Below, in pieces: positions 10,866 through 23,407 of a stretch of DNA of 64,000 nucleotides. Made by a program: the position numbers and the translations under genes. Where the stretch lies: positions 684,149 to 748,148 of the forward strand of contig CAVVBP010000007.1 of NCBI GenBank assembly GCA_963746535.1, given 5' to 3'. Below the pieces are notes generated by a model, which did not search any database, was not told where the DNA came from, and saw nothing but the letters and a program-made list of their open reading frames with translations. The stretch comes from Vicinamibacterales bacterium. Lineage in GTDB: Bacteria; Acidobacteriota; Vicinamibacteria; Vicinamibacterales; JAMQPK01. How positions within the stretch are numbered: the stretch's first letter is position 1; the number at the start of each line of letters is the position of its first letter.

Positions 10866-11374
10866 CAGACGAGCGTGTGTCCATCAGACCCGGAAGCCTC
10901 GACGACGAAGGTCTGTTTCTCGCCGCCGTCCGTCGAAGCCGCAAGCTGCACCATCCCTGGGTGCAGCCGCCTGCCACGCCTGACGCGTTCCGCGACTATC
11001 TCGTCAAGCGCCAGGATCCCCGCGGGGCGTCGTTTTTCGTCTGGACGGACGAGCCGGAAGGGCTCGTCGGCGTCGTCAATCTCGACGAGATCGTGCGCGG
11101 GGTTTTCATGAGCGCATACCTGGGCTACTACGCGTTCGTGCCGCACGCGGGGCGCGGCCTGATGCGCGAGGGACTGACGCAGGTCCTCACCCATGCCTTC
11201 AAGGCGATGAAGCTGCATCGAGTGGAGGCGAACATTCAGCCCCGCAACGTCCGGTCGAGAGCGCTCGTCAAGAAGCTCGGCTTCCATCGCGAGGGTGTTT
11301 CACCGCGGTACTTGAAGATCAACGGTCGCTGGCGCGACCACGAGCGATGGGCCATCCTCGCCGAGGACTGGTAA
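10862..11374 (+). CDS. GNAT N-acetyltransferase, RimJ/RimL-like
   Basis: 170 aa. The sequence YLGYYAFVPHAGRGLMREGLTQVLTHAFKAMKLHRVEANIQPRNVRSRALVKKLGFHREGVSPRYLKINGRWRDHERWAI is typical of ribosomal-protein-type acetyltransferases. Confidence 0.8.
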   Translation: MTDERVSIRPGSLDDEGLFLAAVRRSRKLHHPWVQPPATPDAFRDYLVKRQDPRGASFFVWTDEPEGLVGVVNLDEIVRGVFMSAYLGYYAFVPHAGRGLMREGLTQVLTHAFKAMKLHRVEANIQPRNVRSRALVKKLGFHREGVSPRYLKINGRWRDHERWAILAEDW

Positions 11375-11397
11375 CTGCCGAAGGGAGAGTCGATCGG

Positions 11398-11694
11398 ATG
11401 CGCGTGCTGGTCACGACGATCGGGTTGCTGACGCTGTCCAATGTGTTCATGACGTTCGCGTGGTACGCGCACCTGCGCAACCTGGCCGGCAAGCCGTGGT
11501 ACATCGCGGCCGTGATCAGCTGGGGCATCGCGTTCTTCGAGTACATGCTCCAGGTGCCTGCGAATCGCATCGGCCATACGGCCTACGACCTGTCGAAGCT
11601 GGTATCGCCCGACCGCCTACGGCCTGCGCGTGCTCGAGGCATGGGAAGCCGCCGCGCGCACGCTTCGCCGCCGCCCCCTGTTGAGGCCCGCCAC
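11398..11694 (+). pseudogene. DMT-family small membrane protein (DUF486-like), N-terminal ~68 codons only, read through in frame into the next gene
   Basis: MRVLVTTIGLLTLSNVFMTFAWYAHLRNLAGKPWYIAAVISWGIAFFEYMLQVPANRIGHTAYDLSKL matches the conserved N-terminal two helices of this family. The expected continuation (QEVITL-type third and fourth helices) is absent in all three frames. It is replaced by an Arg/Pro-rich linker up to ATG 11695. Confidence 0.55.
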
Positions 11695-12651
11695 ATGATT
11701 CCCGGCCGCGCGCTCCATCACCTGGCGTCGTTGATTTGCAGCACGAAATCGCTCGAGCGCATCGTCGAGCCGGCGATTGCGGATCTCCAGAAGGAATACG
11801 ACCGTCATGCCGCCAGCCACTTTCTTCGCTGCTTGTGGATGTTGTTCAGGGGTTACTCTGCGATTCTGAAGGTGATGGCCGTGTGTGCACTCGGGGTATC
11901 GGTTGCAACCGACGAAGAGCGAAACGGGCTGGTTCGAACGTTCGCGTGGTCCCTGGCGTTCATGATCGCGGCTGTCGCGATGTTGATGCTGCCGCCATTG
12001 TGGTTGAGTGAGCCCGGGTTTGGTTCAACGAGACATCTTATTCAACTGATACCTCAAGCCGTACCCTTGGCGATTCCGGTTGGACTGGCCTTTGGCATTG
12101 CCTTCGGTCTCGCCGGATGCGCTGTCACGCGAGCGATGGCGAAGACCATCCTGCTTGTGGCCGTCGCGGCATCGCTCGTGAGCTTCGCCATGCTAGCGTG
12201 GGTCATGCCGGCCGCGAATCAGGCATTCCGGACGGAATGGTCACATTCGCAGGGTTATGAAGGAACTCCGCGGAAAGGGTCCAACGAAATGACCATTTCC
12301 GAGCTTCGGCGTGAAATTGAAGTGGCCGCGGCGCTGGGAGATGCAAGGAATGTCCACCAGCATTCGTGGTTCCTCCACTTGCGCTACGCATTGTCTTTAG
12401 CGACCGTTGTTCTTGGGGGATTCCTGCTCGCGCTACGCGGTCGAGGTCGGGCGATGCGCACTTTGGTCGCGTTCATCACGTGCGGCTCTTATTGGGTGCT
12501 GCTGGTTTCTGGTGAGGCTTTGTCCGGCTACGACCGACACCTGTCTGAGATTGCAGCGGCGTGGCTGCCGAACGTCGTGCTTCTCACGGTCACGCTGTTC
12601 ATCGTCTCGTCGCGCCGTCGCGGATTTCTGACGGCGAGAGGGCAGGGCTGA
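11695..12651 (+). CDS. Polytopic membrane protein of unknown function (possible YjgP/YjgQ-like permease)
   Basis: This is part of track ORF 11347..12651 and is 318 aa from ATG 11695. It has a cytoplasmic N-terminal helix (LERIVEPAIADLQKEY) and about 6 hydrophobic helices. A loop with MPAANQAFRTEW is reminiscent of LptF/G-type permeases. The region is visibly more AT-rich than its neighbours. Confidence 0.6.
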   Translation: MIPGRALHHLASLICSTKSLERIVEPAIADLQKEYDRHAASHFLRCLWMLFRGYSAILKVMAVCALGVSVATDEERNGLVRTFAWSLAFMIAAVAMLMLPPLWLSEPGFGSTRHLIQLIPQAVPLAIPVGLAFGIAFGLAGCAVTRAMAKTILLVAVAASLVSFAMLAWVMPAANQAFRTEWSHSQGYEGTPRKGSNEMTISELRREIEVAAALGDARNVHQHSWFLHLRYALSLATVVLGGFLLALRGRGRAMRTLVAFITCGSYWVLLVSGEALSGYDRHLSEIAAAWLPNVVLLTVTLFIVSSRRRGFLTARGQG

Positions 12652-12659
12652 AGCCCTGC
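12642..12659. repeat. REP-like hairpin (GCAGGGC-TGAA-GCCCTGC), overlaps the stop codon of the preceding gene
   Basis: gcagggctgaagccctgc is the opposite orientation of the TTCA-loop form. The stop TGA at 12649..12651 is the hairpin loop. Confidence 0.85.
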
Positions 12660-12667
12660 GCCACCGA

Positions 12668-12790
12668 TGTGGGCGATGGGCGCTGGTCCAAGGGCCATGG
12701 GCGATGGTCGGTCGCGGTGAGTGGGTGGGCGGCGAGCTATCGCCTGACAGACCATCGCCCAGCGCCCCTTGACCATCGCCTATCGACCAA
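12668..12790. repeat. Imperfect hairpin from GGGCGATGG short-period repeats
   Basis: The left tract (gggcgatgggcgctggtccaagggccatgggcgatggtc) and the right tract (gaccatcgcccagcgccccttgaccatcgcc) are reverse-complementary with a few mismatches and one indel. It lies between convergent genes. Confidence 0.7.
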
Positions 12791-12793
12791 CCG

Positions 12794-12976
12794 TCAGTCA
12801 TCAAACCGTCGCACCGACACCGAACACTCCTCGTCGCCTTCAATCTCGACGATCACTTCCATCGGCTGACAGCACACGGCGCAGTCTTCGACGTACTTCT
12901 GGGTCGAGCCGCCGGTGGGATCGACATACAACTCGAGCGGTTCGCCGCAGTAGGGACAATCGACGGAGATTTCCAT
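12794..12976 (-). CDS. CPXCG-motif cysteine-rich small protein (60 aa)
   Basis: This is the tail of track ORF 12794..13735. ATG (cat at 12974..12976) gives MEISVDCPYCGEPLELYVDPTGGSTQKYVEDCAVCCQPMEVIVEIEGDEECSVSVRRFDD. Confidence 0.7.
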   Translation of the reverse strand: MEISVDCPYCGEPLELYVDPTGGSTQKYVEDCAVCCQPMEVIVEIEGDEECSVSVRRFDD

Positions 12977-12992
12977 GACGTGTAATCTACAG

Positions 12993-13010
12993 GCAGGGCT
13001 AAAGCCCTGC
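12993..13010. repeat. REP-like hairpin (GCAGGGC-TAAA-GCCCTGC)
   Basis: Perfect 7-bp stem. The TAAA loop is the complement orientation of TTTA. Confidence 0.85.
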
Positions 13011-13077
13011 GCCACCGCATCGCTTTTCGCCCTGCGACCTGACTTGCGCCTTACGACTCCCGACCAGCGCCTTACGA

Positions 13078-16790
<3,713 letters not shown>

Positions 16791-16818
16791 GATGCTCCGT
16801 CTTCTGTGAACCGGTAGG

Positions 16819-16836
16819 GCGCGGCTTCAGCCGCGC
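16819..16836. repeat. REP-like hairpin variant (GCGCGGC-TTCA-GCCGCGC) overlapping a stop codon
   Basis: gcgcggcttcagccgcgc. The minus-strand stop of the ArsR-methyltransferase gene (16827..16829) lies in the loop. Confidence 0.8.
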
Positions 16837-17762
16837 TTCACCCCGGCTGCGATCAACACCGTAAATGGATCGCCGGGCAGCCGCGATCCGACTCGCACCT
16901 GCACACCGGTCAACCCCGCGCCGGCAAGAAACCCCTCGAGGTCATCATCCTTGAAGCCGAGCCATCGATCGCCCACGCGATCGCGGACCCATTCCTGGTC
17001 GTGCGCGCGCAGGTCGAGCACGAGCACCCGTCCGCCCGGCCGCACCACGCGCGCGGCTTCCTTCACGGCCTGCGCCGGATCGGCCGCATGGTGCAGCGCC
17101 TGCGAGAGCAGCGCCACGTCGACCGAGGCGGTCTCGAGCGGCAGCGATTCCATGTTGCCCCGCTTCCAGCTGATGTTCTTCACGCCGCGCCGCTCGGCCA
17201 GCGCCTTGGCGCGCTTCAGCACGTCGGTCGATCGATCGACGCCGACGACGCGTTTGGCCCACTGCGCCGATTCAACGGATAAGTATCCTTCCCCGCACGC
17301 GATATCGGCGACATCAACCGCCGGCAGCAGCAGGCCGAGGGCCCGCGACCAGGCCGCCCAGCTTCGGCCCGGCACGAACTGGGCGCGGTCGGTGCCGTGC
17401 ACTTCGAAGTTCTCCTTGCGAAGCCGGATCACCTCCTGCAGCCGTGCCTCGTCGCCGCGAATGGTCGAGGTCTCGGCGGCGTTGGCGAACTGGGTCTGCA
17501 GCGCCGGCCAGAGGCCGCCGACCCCGCCGTCGAGCAGGGCAGGGGAGAGGCGATAAAAGGCGAATCCGCCGCCGCGCTCTTCGACGACGAGCCCCGCTTC
17601 CTTCAAGAGCCGCAGATGCCGTGACACTCCAGATTGCGCGATGCCGAGCACCGACGTCAGTTCGGTGACGTTCAGCCGCCCGTGTTTGCCGGCCAGGACG
17701 CGCAGCAGCCGCAGCCGCACCTCGTCGCCCAACAACCGGTACAGCTCGCCCGCGCGCTTCAT
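16827..17762 (-). CDS. ArsR/SmtB-family HTH regulator fused to class I SAM-dependent methyltransferase
   Basis: Track ORF 16827..17801. The likely start is the ATG at 17760..17762 (MKRAGELYRLLGDEVRLRLLRVLA...LNVTELTSVLGIAQSGVSRHLRLLKEAGLV). The methyltransferase part contains VADIACGEGYL...VVGVDRS...VRPGGRVLVLDL. It lies immediately upstream of metH on the same strand. Confidence 0.85.
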   Translation of the reverse strand: MKRAGELYRLLGDEVRLRLLRVLAGKHGRLNVTELTSVLGIAQSGVSRHLRLLKEAGLVVEERGGGFAFYRLSPALLDGGVGGLWPALQTQFANAAETSTIRGDEARLQEVIRLRKENFEVHGTDRAQFVPGRSWAAWSRALGLLLPAVDVADIACGEGYLSVESAQWAKRVVGVDRSTDVLKRAKALAERRGVKNISWKRGNMESLPLETASVDVALLSQALHHAADPAQAVKEAARVVRPGGRVLVLDLRAHDQEWVRDRVGDRWLGFKDDDLEGFLAGAGLTGVQVRVGSRLPGDPFTVLIAAGVKRG

Positions 17763-17777
17763 ACATACATGAATATA

Positions 17778-17798
17778 CATCCATAGATATAGTGGATG
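17778..17798. promoter_or_regulatory. Candidate operator palindrome in a divergent promoter region
   Basis: CATCCA-N9-TGGATG (catccatagatatagtggatg) sits in an AT-rich tract 16 nt upstream of the ArsR-fusion start. It lies between that gene and the divergent NicO gene. Binding is not demonstrated. Confidence 0.3.
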
Positions 17799-17883
17799 CA
17801 AGCGAGCTCGCGTCGCAGGTCTAATCCCAAATCCCGAAGCCCTAATCCCTGGGCGCCATCCGGAGTCCGATATAATCCCGAGC

Positions 17884-18576
17884 GTGTTGACAGGCTCCGT
17901 CCTCGCTCTCGGCTTTCTTCACGGTCTCGGCGCCGACCACCTCATGGCCATCGCGGCGCTCTCGCTCGCCACACCGCTCGGCCCGGCGCGTTATGCGCGG
18001 GCGTTCAGTCTGGCGCTCAGATTCGCCGTCGGACACGCGCTGCTCGTCGCCTGCGGCGCGGGCCTGGTGCTCTTTTTCGGGTGGCAGATTCCTTTGCGCG
18101 TCGAAGAGAGCGGCGAATTCGTTGGCGGCTGCCTCTTGATCGTGCTCGGGCTCGTCCTCGGATGGCTCACGGTGTCGGGCCGTCTGTACGTCCACTCGCA
18201 CATCCACACCAACGGACACGAAGAGGCGCACAGCCACTGGCATGTTCATCTCGGCCGCCGGCACTCGCACCAGCCGGCGATTCACACGGTGCTGCCGGGA
18301 GTTCTGGGCGCGGTGTTCGCCGTGAGTGGACTGCGCGCGCTCATCCTGTCGTTGCCGCTGTGGAGCACGTCCGGCGGCGTCGATCACTTCTGGTCGCTGT
18401 TGTTCCTCGTCACGATCTTCGCGCTGGGCATCCTGATGTCGATGACGCTCTTCGGCATCGTGCTGGCGCACACCCTCTCGGCGCGGCGCATGACCGGTCA
18501 GCTGGCCCGGTTCTCGGCCGCGGTGACCGCCATCGGCTCGCTCGCATTGGGCGTGTTCTGGATTTGGCCTGCTTAG
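17884..18576 (+). CDS. Nickel/cobalt transporter, NicO/RcnA-like, with His-rich loop
   Basis: 230 aa. The sequence GFLHGLGADHLMAIAAL has the H-x4-D-H signature context. A cytoplasmic His-rich loop (HSHIHTNGHEEAHSHWHVHLGRRHSH) is present. A TATAAT at 17871..17876 lies 7 nt before the GTG start. Confidence 0.75.
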   Translation: MLTGSVLALGFLHGLGADHLMAIAALSLATPLGPARYARAFSLALRFAVGHALLVACGAGLVLFFGWQIPLRVEESGEFVGGCLLIVLGLVLGWLTVSGRLYVHSHIHTNGHEEAHSHWHVHLGRRHSHQPAIHTVLPGVLGAVFAVSGLRALILSLPLWSTSGGVDHFWSLLFLVTIFALGILMSMTLFGIVLAHTLSARRMTGQLARFSAAVTAIGSLALGVFWIWPA

Positions 18577-18589
18577 AGCAGTCTGAGAA

Positions 18590-19879
18590 CTAAAGGGCTC
18601 TTATTTCCTGTGTCTTCACCAGGAAGTACGCGCTCGCGATGATGAGCGCGACGCCGTTGATCGCCATCACCGTTGGCGCCGAGCTGATGCTGGCTGCATA
18701 GCCGCTCACGAGGCTGCCAAGCGGCATCCCGCCGCGAAAAGCCACGAGATAAATGCTCATCACACGACCACGCATCTCGTTGGGTGCGATCAGCTGGACG
18801 AGCGACATCAGGCACGAAATAACGATCATCCATGAAAGGCCGCAGACGAAGAGCAGGGCATAGCTGACGTGCAGCGTCCGGCTCAACGAGAGCAGGATGA
18901 TGGCGGCGCCGAGGCCCGCCTGCACGAGCAGCGTCGTCATGCCCATGCGTCGGAAACGGCCGAGCCACGCGACGACGGTCGCCCCCACCACGGCACCGGC
19001 CCCGGAAAACGAGAGCAGCGCGCTGTAGTCTTCGACGCCCGCGCCGAACACGTTCCGTGCGTAGACCGGCAGCAGCGTGAGCATCGGAATGCCGAAGAAC
19101 GCCGTCGCCGCGCCCAGCACCATCAACGCCATGATGTTGCGATCCTTCTGCACGTACGCGATCCCGTGTTTCAGCTCAGCAAACATGTTGTGCATGCGTG
19201 CGGCCGCGATGTGTTTGATGTGCAGCGACATCAGCGAGAGGATGACCGCGAGAAACGACAGCGCGTTGACGCCAAAGCAGACGGCCAGCGCCGTCATGTC
19301 GGCAACGCCCCAGCGCTTCAGGGCCGCCAGCGTGGCGCCGGCGAGCATCGGGCCGAGCATGCGGGCGACGTTGAACTGGATCGAGTTCAGGGCGATCGCA
19401 TTGGTGAGATCGTTTTTGCCGACGAGCGACGGAATCAACGATTGGTACGCCGGCCCGCCGAAGGCCTGCGCCGTGCCCGTGATGAACGAGAGCACCAGGA
19501 TGTGCCACACCTTGACGCTGCCGAAATACACCAGCGCCGTGAGCGTGGCGGCGGTCGACAGTTGCACCCACTGCGACGCGATCAGCGTCAGCCGTCGATC
19601 GTGCCGATCGGCCACCACGCCGCCGATGAGCGTGAAGAGCATGATCGGCAACTGCTGCAGGAACGCATCGAGGCCGAGGTAGAACGCGGAGATCGTCAGC
19701 GAGAGCACCAGCCAGTTTTCGGCCAGGCTCTGCATCCAGGTGCCGATGCTCGAGAAGCAGGCGCCGAACCAGAGGACACGGAAGTCGCGGTAATGCAGGG
19801 CCGCGAAGACGCGCTTGAGGCCCTTGTGTGGAGCGGGGGCTTCAACTTCGATGGGTGTGCTGGGATGAACCTGAGCCAA
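18590..19879 (-). CDS. MFS transporter (EntS/MFS_3-like exporter)
   Basis: 429 aa with about 12 hydrophobic helices. The N-terminal FRVLWFGACFSSIGTWMQSLAENWLVL is typical of this MFS subgroup. Confidence 0.8.
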   Translation of the reverse strand: MAQVHPSTPIEVEAPAPHKGLKRVFAALHYRDFRVLWFGACFSSIGTWMQSLAENWLVLSLTISAFYLGLDAFLQQLPIMLFTLIGGVVADRHDRRLTLIASQWVQLSTAATLTALVYFGSVKVWHILVLSFITGTAQAFGGPAYQSLIPSLVGKNDLTNAIALNSIQFNVARMLGPMLAGATLAALKRWGVADMTALAVCFGVNALSFLAVILSLMSLHIKHIAAARMHNMFAELKHGIAYVQKDRNIMALMVLGAATAFFGIPMLTLLPVYARNVFGAGVEDYSALLSFSGAGAVVGATVVAWLGRFRRMGMTTLLVQAGLGAAIILLSLSRTLHVSYALLFVCGLSWMIVISCLMSLVQLIAPNEMRGRVMSIYLVAFRGGMPLGSLVSGYAASISSAPTVMAINGVALIIASAYFLVKTQEIRAL

Positions 19880-19972
19880 ACGTTGTTCCGGAGGCCGTAT
19901 CGTACCCGAATTCCCCGGGGGTTCCCAGATGTCGAACAGGAGGTGAAGAGATTAGGAGAAAACCGTATGTAG

Positions 19973-20016
19973 GCCGGGTCTTGCCCCTGGAGACCCGGCG
20001 GAACTGAAGTTCCGCC
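19973..20016. repeat. Composite REP-like element (two adjacent hairpins bracketed by GTAGG...CCTAC)
   Basis: Hairpin 1 is gccgggtct-N9-agacccggc (19973..19999). Hairpin 2 is ggcggaac-tgaa-gttccgcc (19997..20016). The second stem type recurs at 30248..30267. Confidence 0.8.
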
Positions 20017-20055
20017 CTACCTAGAGACGGATTCAACAGAAGCCTCGGGAATTCA

Positions 20056-20123
20056 ACAGAAGACCAGAAGATCAGAAGAACTCTTTTTTCTAATCCTTGT
20101 CTTCTGATCTTTTGATCTTCTGT
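20056..20123. repeat. Imperfect hairpin of the CAGAAGATCAGAAG repeat family, immediately downstream of the CBS-type gene
   Basis: The left arm 20056..20078 matches the reverse complement of 20101..20123 at 21 of 23 positions, with a 22-nt loop. It ends 4 nt before the minus-strand stop at 20128..20130. Single arms of the same family lie at about 4655..4682 and about 37467..37492. Confidence 0.85.
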
Positions 20124-20127
20124 TTCC

Positions 20128-21513
20128 CTACAACATCACGCGAATGATGTCGGATCGCGTGATGATGAACGTCTTCTCGGTCTTGAAGTCGCGCACAAGC
20201 ACCGCGGGGTTCTCCAGCGTAATCATCGTCGACAGCAGGACCACCGGCGTCGAGATGTCGACAAAGGGGAACGCCGGCTGCATGATCTCCTCGACCGCCT
20301 TGTGCTTCAGGTGCGGGTCGCGGACGAACTCCTTGTAGAGGTGCGTTTCGTTCAGCGACCCGACGACGCGCCCGTCCCGGGTGACGGAGATCTGCGAGAA
20401 GTCGTGCTCGCTCATCACTTTCACCGCCTCTTCGACCGGATGCGCGGCCTCGACGGCGTAGAGCTCGCCCGACACGTGGAGCGCCACGAGATCGCGCGCG
20501 GTCATGCCCGTCACCTCGAGGAAGCCCTTCTCGCGCATCCACTCGTCGTTGTACATCTTGGCGAGGTAGCGCGAGCCGTGGTCGTGGAAGATCACGACGA
20601 TCATGTCGTCGCGTGTGAAGCGATCGGCAAGCTGCAGCAGCCCGGCCATCGCCGCGCCGGCCGAGTTCCCCGCGAAGATCCCCTCCTCGCGAGCCAGGCG
20701 GCGCGTCATGATCGCGGCGTCCTTGTCGGTGACCTTCTCGAAGTGATCGATGACGCTGAAGTCGACGTTCTTGGGCAGGAAGTCCTCGCCGATCCCTTCG
20801 GTGATGTACGGGTAGATCTCGTTCTTGTCGAAGATGCCGGTCTCCTTGTACTTCTTGAAGACGGACCCGTACGTGTCGATGCCCCACACGCGAATCGCCG
20901 GGTTGCGCTCCTTGAGGTAGCGCCCGACGCCGCTGGCGGTGCCGCCGGTCCCCACGCCAACGACGAGCTGCGTCACGCGACCGTCGGTCTGATCCCAGAT
21001 CTCGGGCGCGGTCCACTCGTAGTGCGCCGCGGTATTCGACAGGTTGTCGTACTGATTGGCCTTCCAGGCGTTGGGGATCTCATGCTCGAGCCGCGACGAG
21101 ACGGAGTAGTACGACCGCGGGTCCTCGGGATCCACGTCGGTCGGGCAGACGATCACCTCGGCGCCAAACGCCTTGAGTGCGTCGGCCTTCTCCTTCGACT
21201 GCTTGTCGGTCGTCGTGAAGATGCACTTGTAGCCCTTCACGACCGCCGCGATCGCCAGGCCCATCCCGGTGTTGCCCGACGTGCCTTCGATGATGGTGCC
21301 GCCGGGCTTGAGCTGGCCGCTCTTCTCGGCGTCTTCGATCATCCGCACGGCCATCCGGTCCTTGATCGAGTTGCCGGGATTGAAGGTCTCGATCTTGGCG
21401 AGGATCGTCGCGTCCGTCACGCCGCGGGTGATGCGGTTGATGCGCACGAGGGGCGTATTGCCGATCGTGTCGAGGATGGTGTTGCTGATTTTCGTGCCAG
21501 GACGGTTCGCCAC
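20128..21513 (-). CDS. Cystathionine beta-synthase-type enzyme (PLP cysteine-synthase fold plus C-terminal CBS-domain pair)
   Basis: 461 aa. It contains TPLVRINRI...NPGNSIKDRMA...EGTSGNTGMGLA, the PLP-dependent beta-replacement fold. The C-terminal ~120 aa resemble tandem CBS domains (MTARDLVALHVSG...ISVTRDGRVVGSL). Confidence 0.85.
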   Translation of the reverse strand: MANRPGTKISNTILDTIGNTPLVRINRITRGVTDATILAKIETFNPGNSIKDRMAVRMIEDAEKSGQLKPGGTIIEGTSGNTGMGLAIAAVVKGYKCIFTTTDKQSKEKADALKAFGAEVIVCPTDVDPEDPRSYYSVSSRLEHEIPNAWKANQYDNLSNTAAHYEWTAPEIWDQTDGRVTQLVVGVGTGGTASGVGRYLKERNPAIRVWGIDTYGSVFKKYKETGIFDKNEIYPYITEGIGEDFLPKNVDFSVIDHFEKVTDKDAAIMTRRLAREEGIFAGNSAGAAMAGLLQLADRFTRDDMIVVIFHDHGSRYLAKMYNDEWMREKGFLEVTGMTARDLVALHVSGELYAVEAAHPVEEAVKVMSEHDFSQISVTRDGRVVGSLNETHLYKEFVRDPHLKHKAVEEIMQPAFPFVDISTPVVLLSTMITLENPAVLVRDFKTEKTFIITRSDIIRVML

Positions 21514-21659
21514 GGTAATCGCTCCTCGATGTTACACGAGGTGCTCACACAATTGCGCTTCACTCGAAAGGGCAACGGCTGTATAACAAGCCCTTCACGG
21601 CATAACAGGACGGATTCCGGCCGATTCCCCGGACCGGAATCAGAAAAGGGAGCTTCCCC

Positions 21660-22091
21660 ATGCCCGCAGTGTCCGGTTCTTTCTCAGGCAGCATCCATAC
21701 CCAAAGCGTCATCTCGCTCAATGACGAGCCCAATCATTCCCTGGGAGTCGCCGAAGTGCGAGGTACCCAGAGCTCCAGCGATCCAAGGTGGAACAATTCC
21801 TCAATCACCTATTGGGGAACCACCGACATGCAGGGACTGCAGGGTGTACAGCGCGGCTATTTTCTGAACGATCACGGGACCGCCGGCCAAGACAGAGGCA
21901 GCTTCGAAGGCAACGTGTCCATTGCTGGCGATGAAATCGTCGTGGAGGGCAAGTGGCAATACACCGGCGGGGAAGGGGAATTTGCCGGTATCAAAGGTAG
22001 TGGCACGTTCAAGACCAGGCTCACGTCTCCGGCGACCGTCGAAGGGAACTGGCAGGGCGCATACACGCTCGCTCCTGTGGCCGCTGTTTAG
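21660..22091 (+). CDS. Hypothetical protein (143 aa), lower-GC insert between the two transsulfuration genes
   Basis: Track ORF with an ATG start. The composition is Gly/Ser/Thr-rich and looks beta-rich (EGKWQYTGGEGEFAGIKGSGTFKTRLTSPATVEGNWQGAYTL). I recognise no family. Confidence 0.45.
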   Translation: MPAVSGSFSGSIHTQSVISLNDEPNHSLGVAEVRGTQSSSDPRWNNSSITYWGTTDMQGLQGVQRGYFLNDHGTAGQDRGSFEGNVSIAGDEIVVEGKWQYTGGEGEFAGIKGSGTFKTRLTSPATVEGNWQGAYTLAPVAAV

Positions 22092-22142
22092 GCTCGACGG
22101 CGACACCGGCGTGTGCGCTTCGAAACACACGCCGGTGGTTGT

Positions 22143-23309
22143 TCAACCCAGCGCGTCGTTCAATTCCGCGATCAGATCGTCCACCGATTCCACGCCGACC
22201 GACAGTCGCACGAGGCTGTCGCTGATGCCCAGCGTCGCGCGCATGGCAGCGGGCAGCGAGGCGTGCGTCATGATGCCGGGATGCTCGATGAGGCTTTCCA
22301 CGCCGCCGAGGCTCTCCGCGAGTGCGAAGAGATGGCAGCGTTCGAGGAAGCGGCGCGCGTCTTCGAGCCCGCCGCGCAGCCTGGCGCTGATGATGCCGCC
22401 GAAGCCGCCGCGCATCTGGCGCTTCGCCAGTTCGTGATGCGGATGGTCCGGCAGACCCGGATAGATCACATGCTCGACTTTCGGATGCTTCGCCAGGAAC
22501 TGCGCGATGGCGAGCGCGTTGGAGCAGTGGCGTTCCATGCGCAGCGCCAGCGTCTTGATGCCGCGCAGCGTCAGGAAGGCATCGAACGGCCCGGGCACGC
22601 CGCCAACGGCGTTCTGCAGGTAGCCGAGCTTCTCGCGGAGATCGTCTGCGCCGTGCCGGACGATCGCCGCGCCGCCGACCGCGTCCGAATGACCGTTCAG
22701 GTACTTGGTCGTCGAGTGCATGACGAGATCGAACCCCTGCTGCAGCGGGTTCTGCAGGTACGGCGTCGCAAACGTGTTGTCGCAGACGGTCATGATGCCG
22801 CGTCTCTGCGCGACGGCTGCGACGGCGCTGAGGTCGACGATCTCGAGAAGAGGATTAGTCGGCGTCTCCACCCAGATCATGCGCGTGTTCGGACGCAGCG
22901 CCACCTCGAGTGCGGCCATGTCCGTCAGGTCGACGAACGACGTCTGAAGCCCCGCCGAGCGCTTGCGCACGTTCTCGAACAGGCGGTAGCTGCCGCCGTA
23001 GAGATCGTTCATGGCGACGATGTGCGAGCCGCTGTCGAGGAGTTCCAGAATCGTGGCGGTGGCGGCGAGCCCCGACGCGAACGCGAAGCCGGCCGCGCCC
23101 CCCTCGAGATCCGCGAGGCTGTCCTGAAGTGCGTCGCGCGTGGGATTCGCGGTGCGCGAGTATTCGTATCCCTTATGTACTCCTGGGCTCGACTGCACGT
23201 ACGTGGATGTTGCGTAGATGGGCGGCACCACCGCGCCGGTCAGCGGATCTGGTTTCTGCCCTCCGTGGATGACTCGCGTGCCGAAGCGGTGCGTCTTCTT
23301 GTCGTTCAT
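22143..23309 (-). CDS. Cystathionine gamma-lyase/gamma-synthase family PLP enzyme (trans-sulfuration)
   Basis: 388 aa. It contains [13 protein letters not shown]..., [11 protein letters not shown] and [13 protein letters not shown] (PLP lysine context). Confidence 0.9.
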   Translation of the reverse strand: MNDKKTHRFGTRVIHGGQKPDPLTGAVVPPIYATSTYVQSSPGVHKGYEYSRTANPTRDALQDSLADLEGGAAGFAFASGLAATATILELLDSGSHIVAMNDLYGGSYRLFENVRKRSAGLQTSFVDLTDMAALEVALRPNTRMIWVETPTNPLLEIVDLSAVAAVAQRRGIMTVCDNTFATPYLQNPLQQGFDLVMHSTTKYLNGHSDAVGGAAIVRHGADDLREKLGYLQNAVGGVPGPFDAFLTLRGIKTLALRMERHCSNALAIAQFLAKHPKVEHVIYPGLPDHPHHELAKRQMRGGFGGIISARLRGGLEDARRFLERCHLFALAESLGGVESLIEHPGIMTHASLPAAMRATLGISDSLVRLSVGVESVDDLIAELNDALG

Positions 23310-23407
23310 TCCCTGCCAGCTTGTCCCGTTGCTCCCCCCGGCGTCAAATGGCCATGCAAAGGACTTGTCGAGGGGATATTAGTGCTATAACGTTGGCGCT
23401 CATTTCG

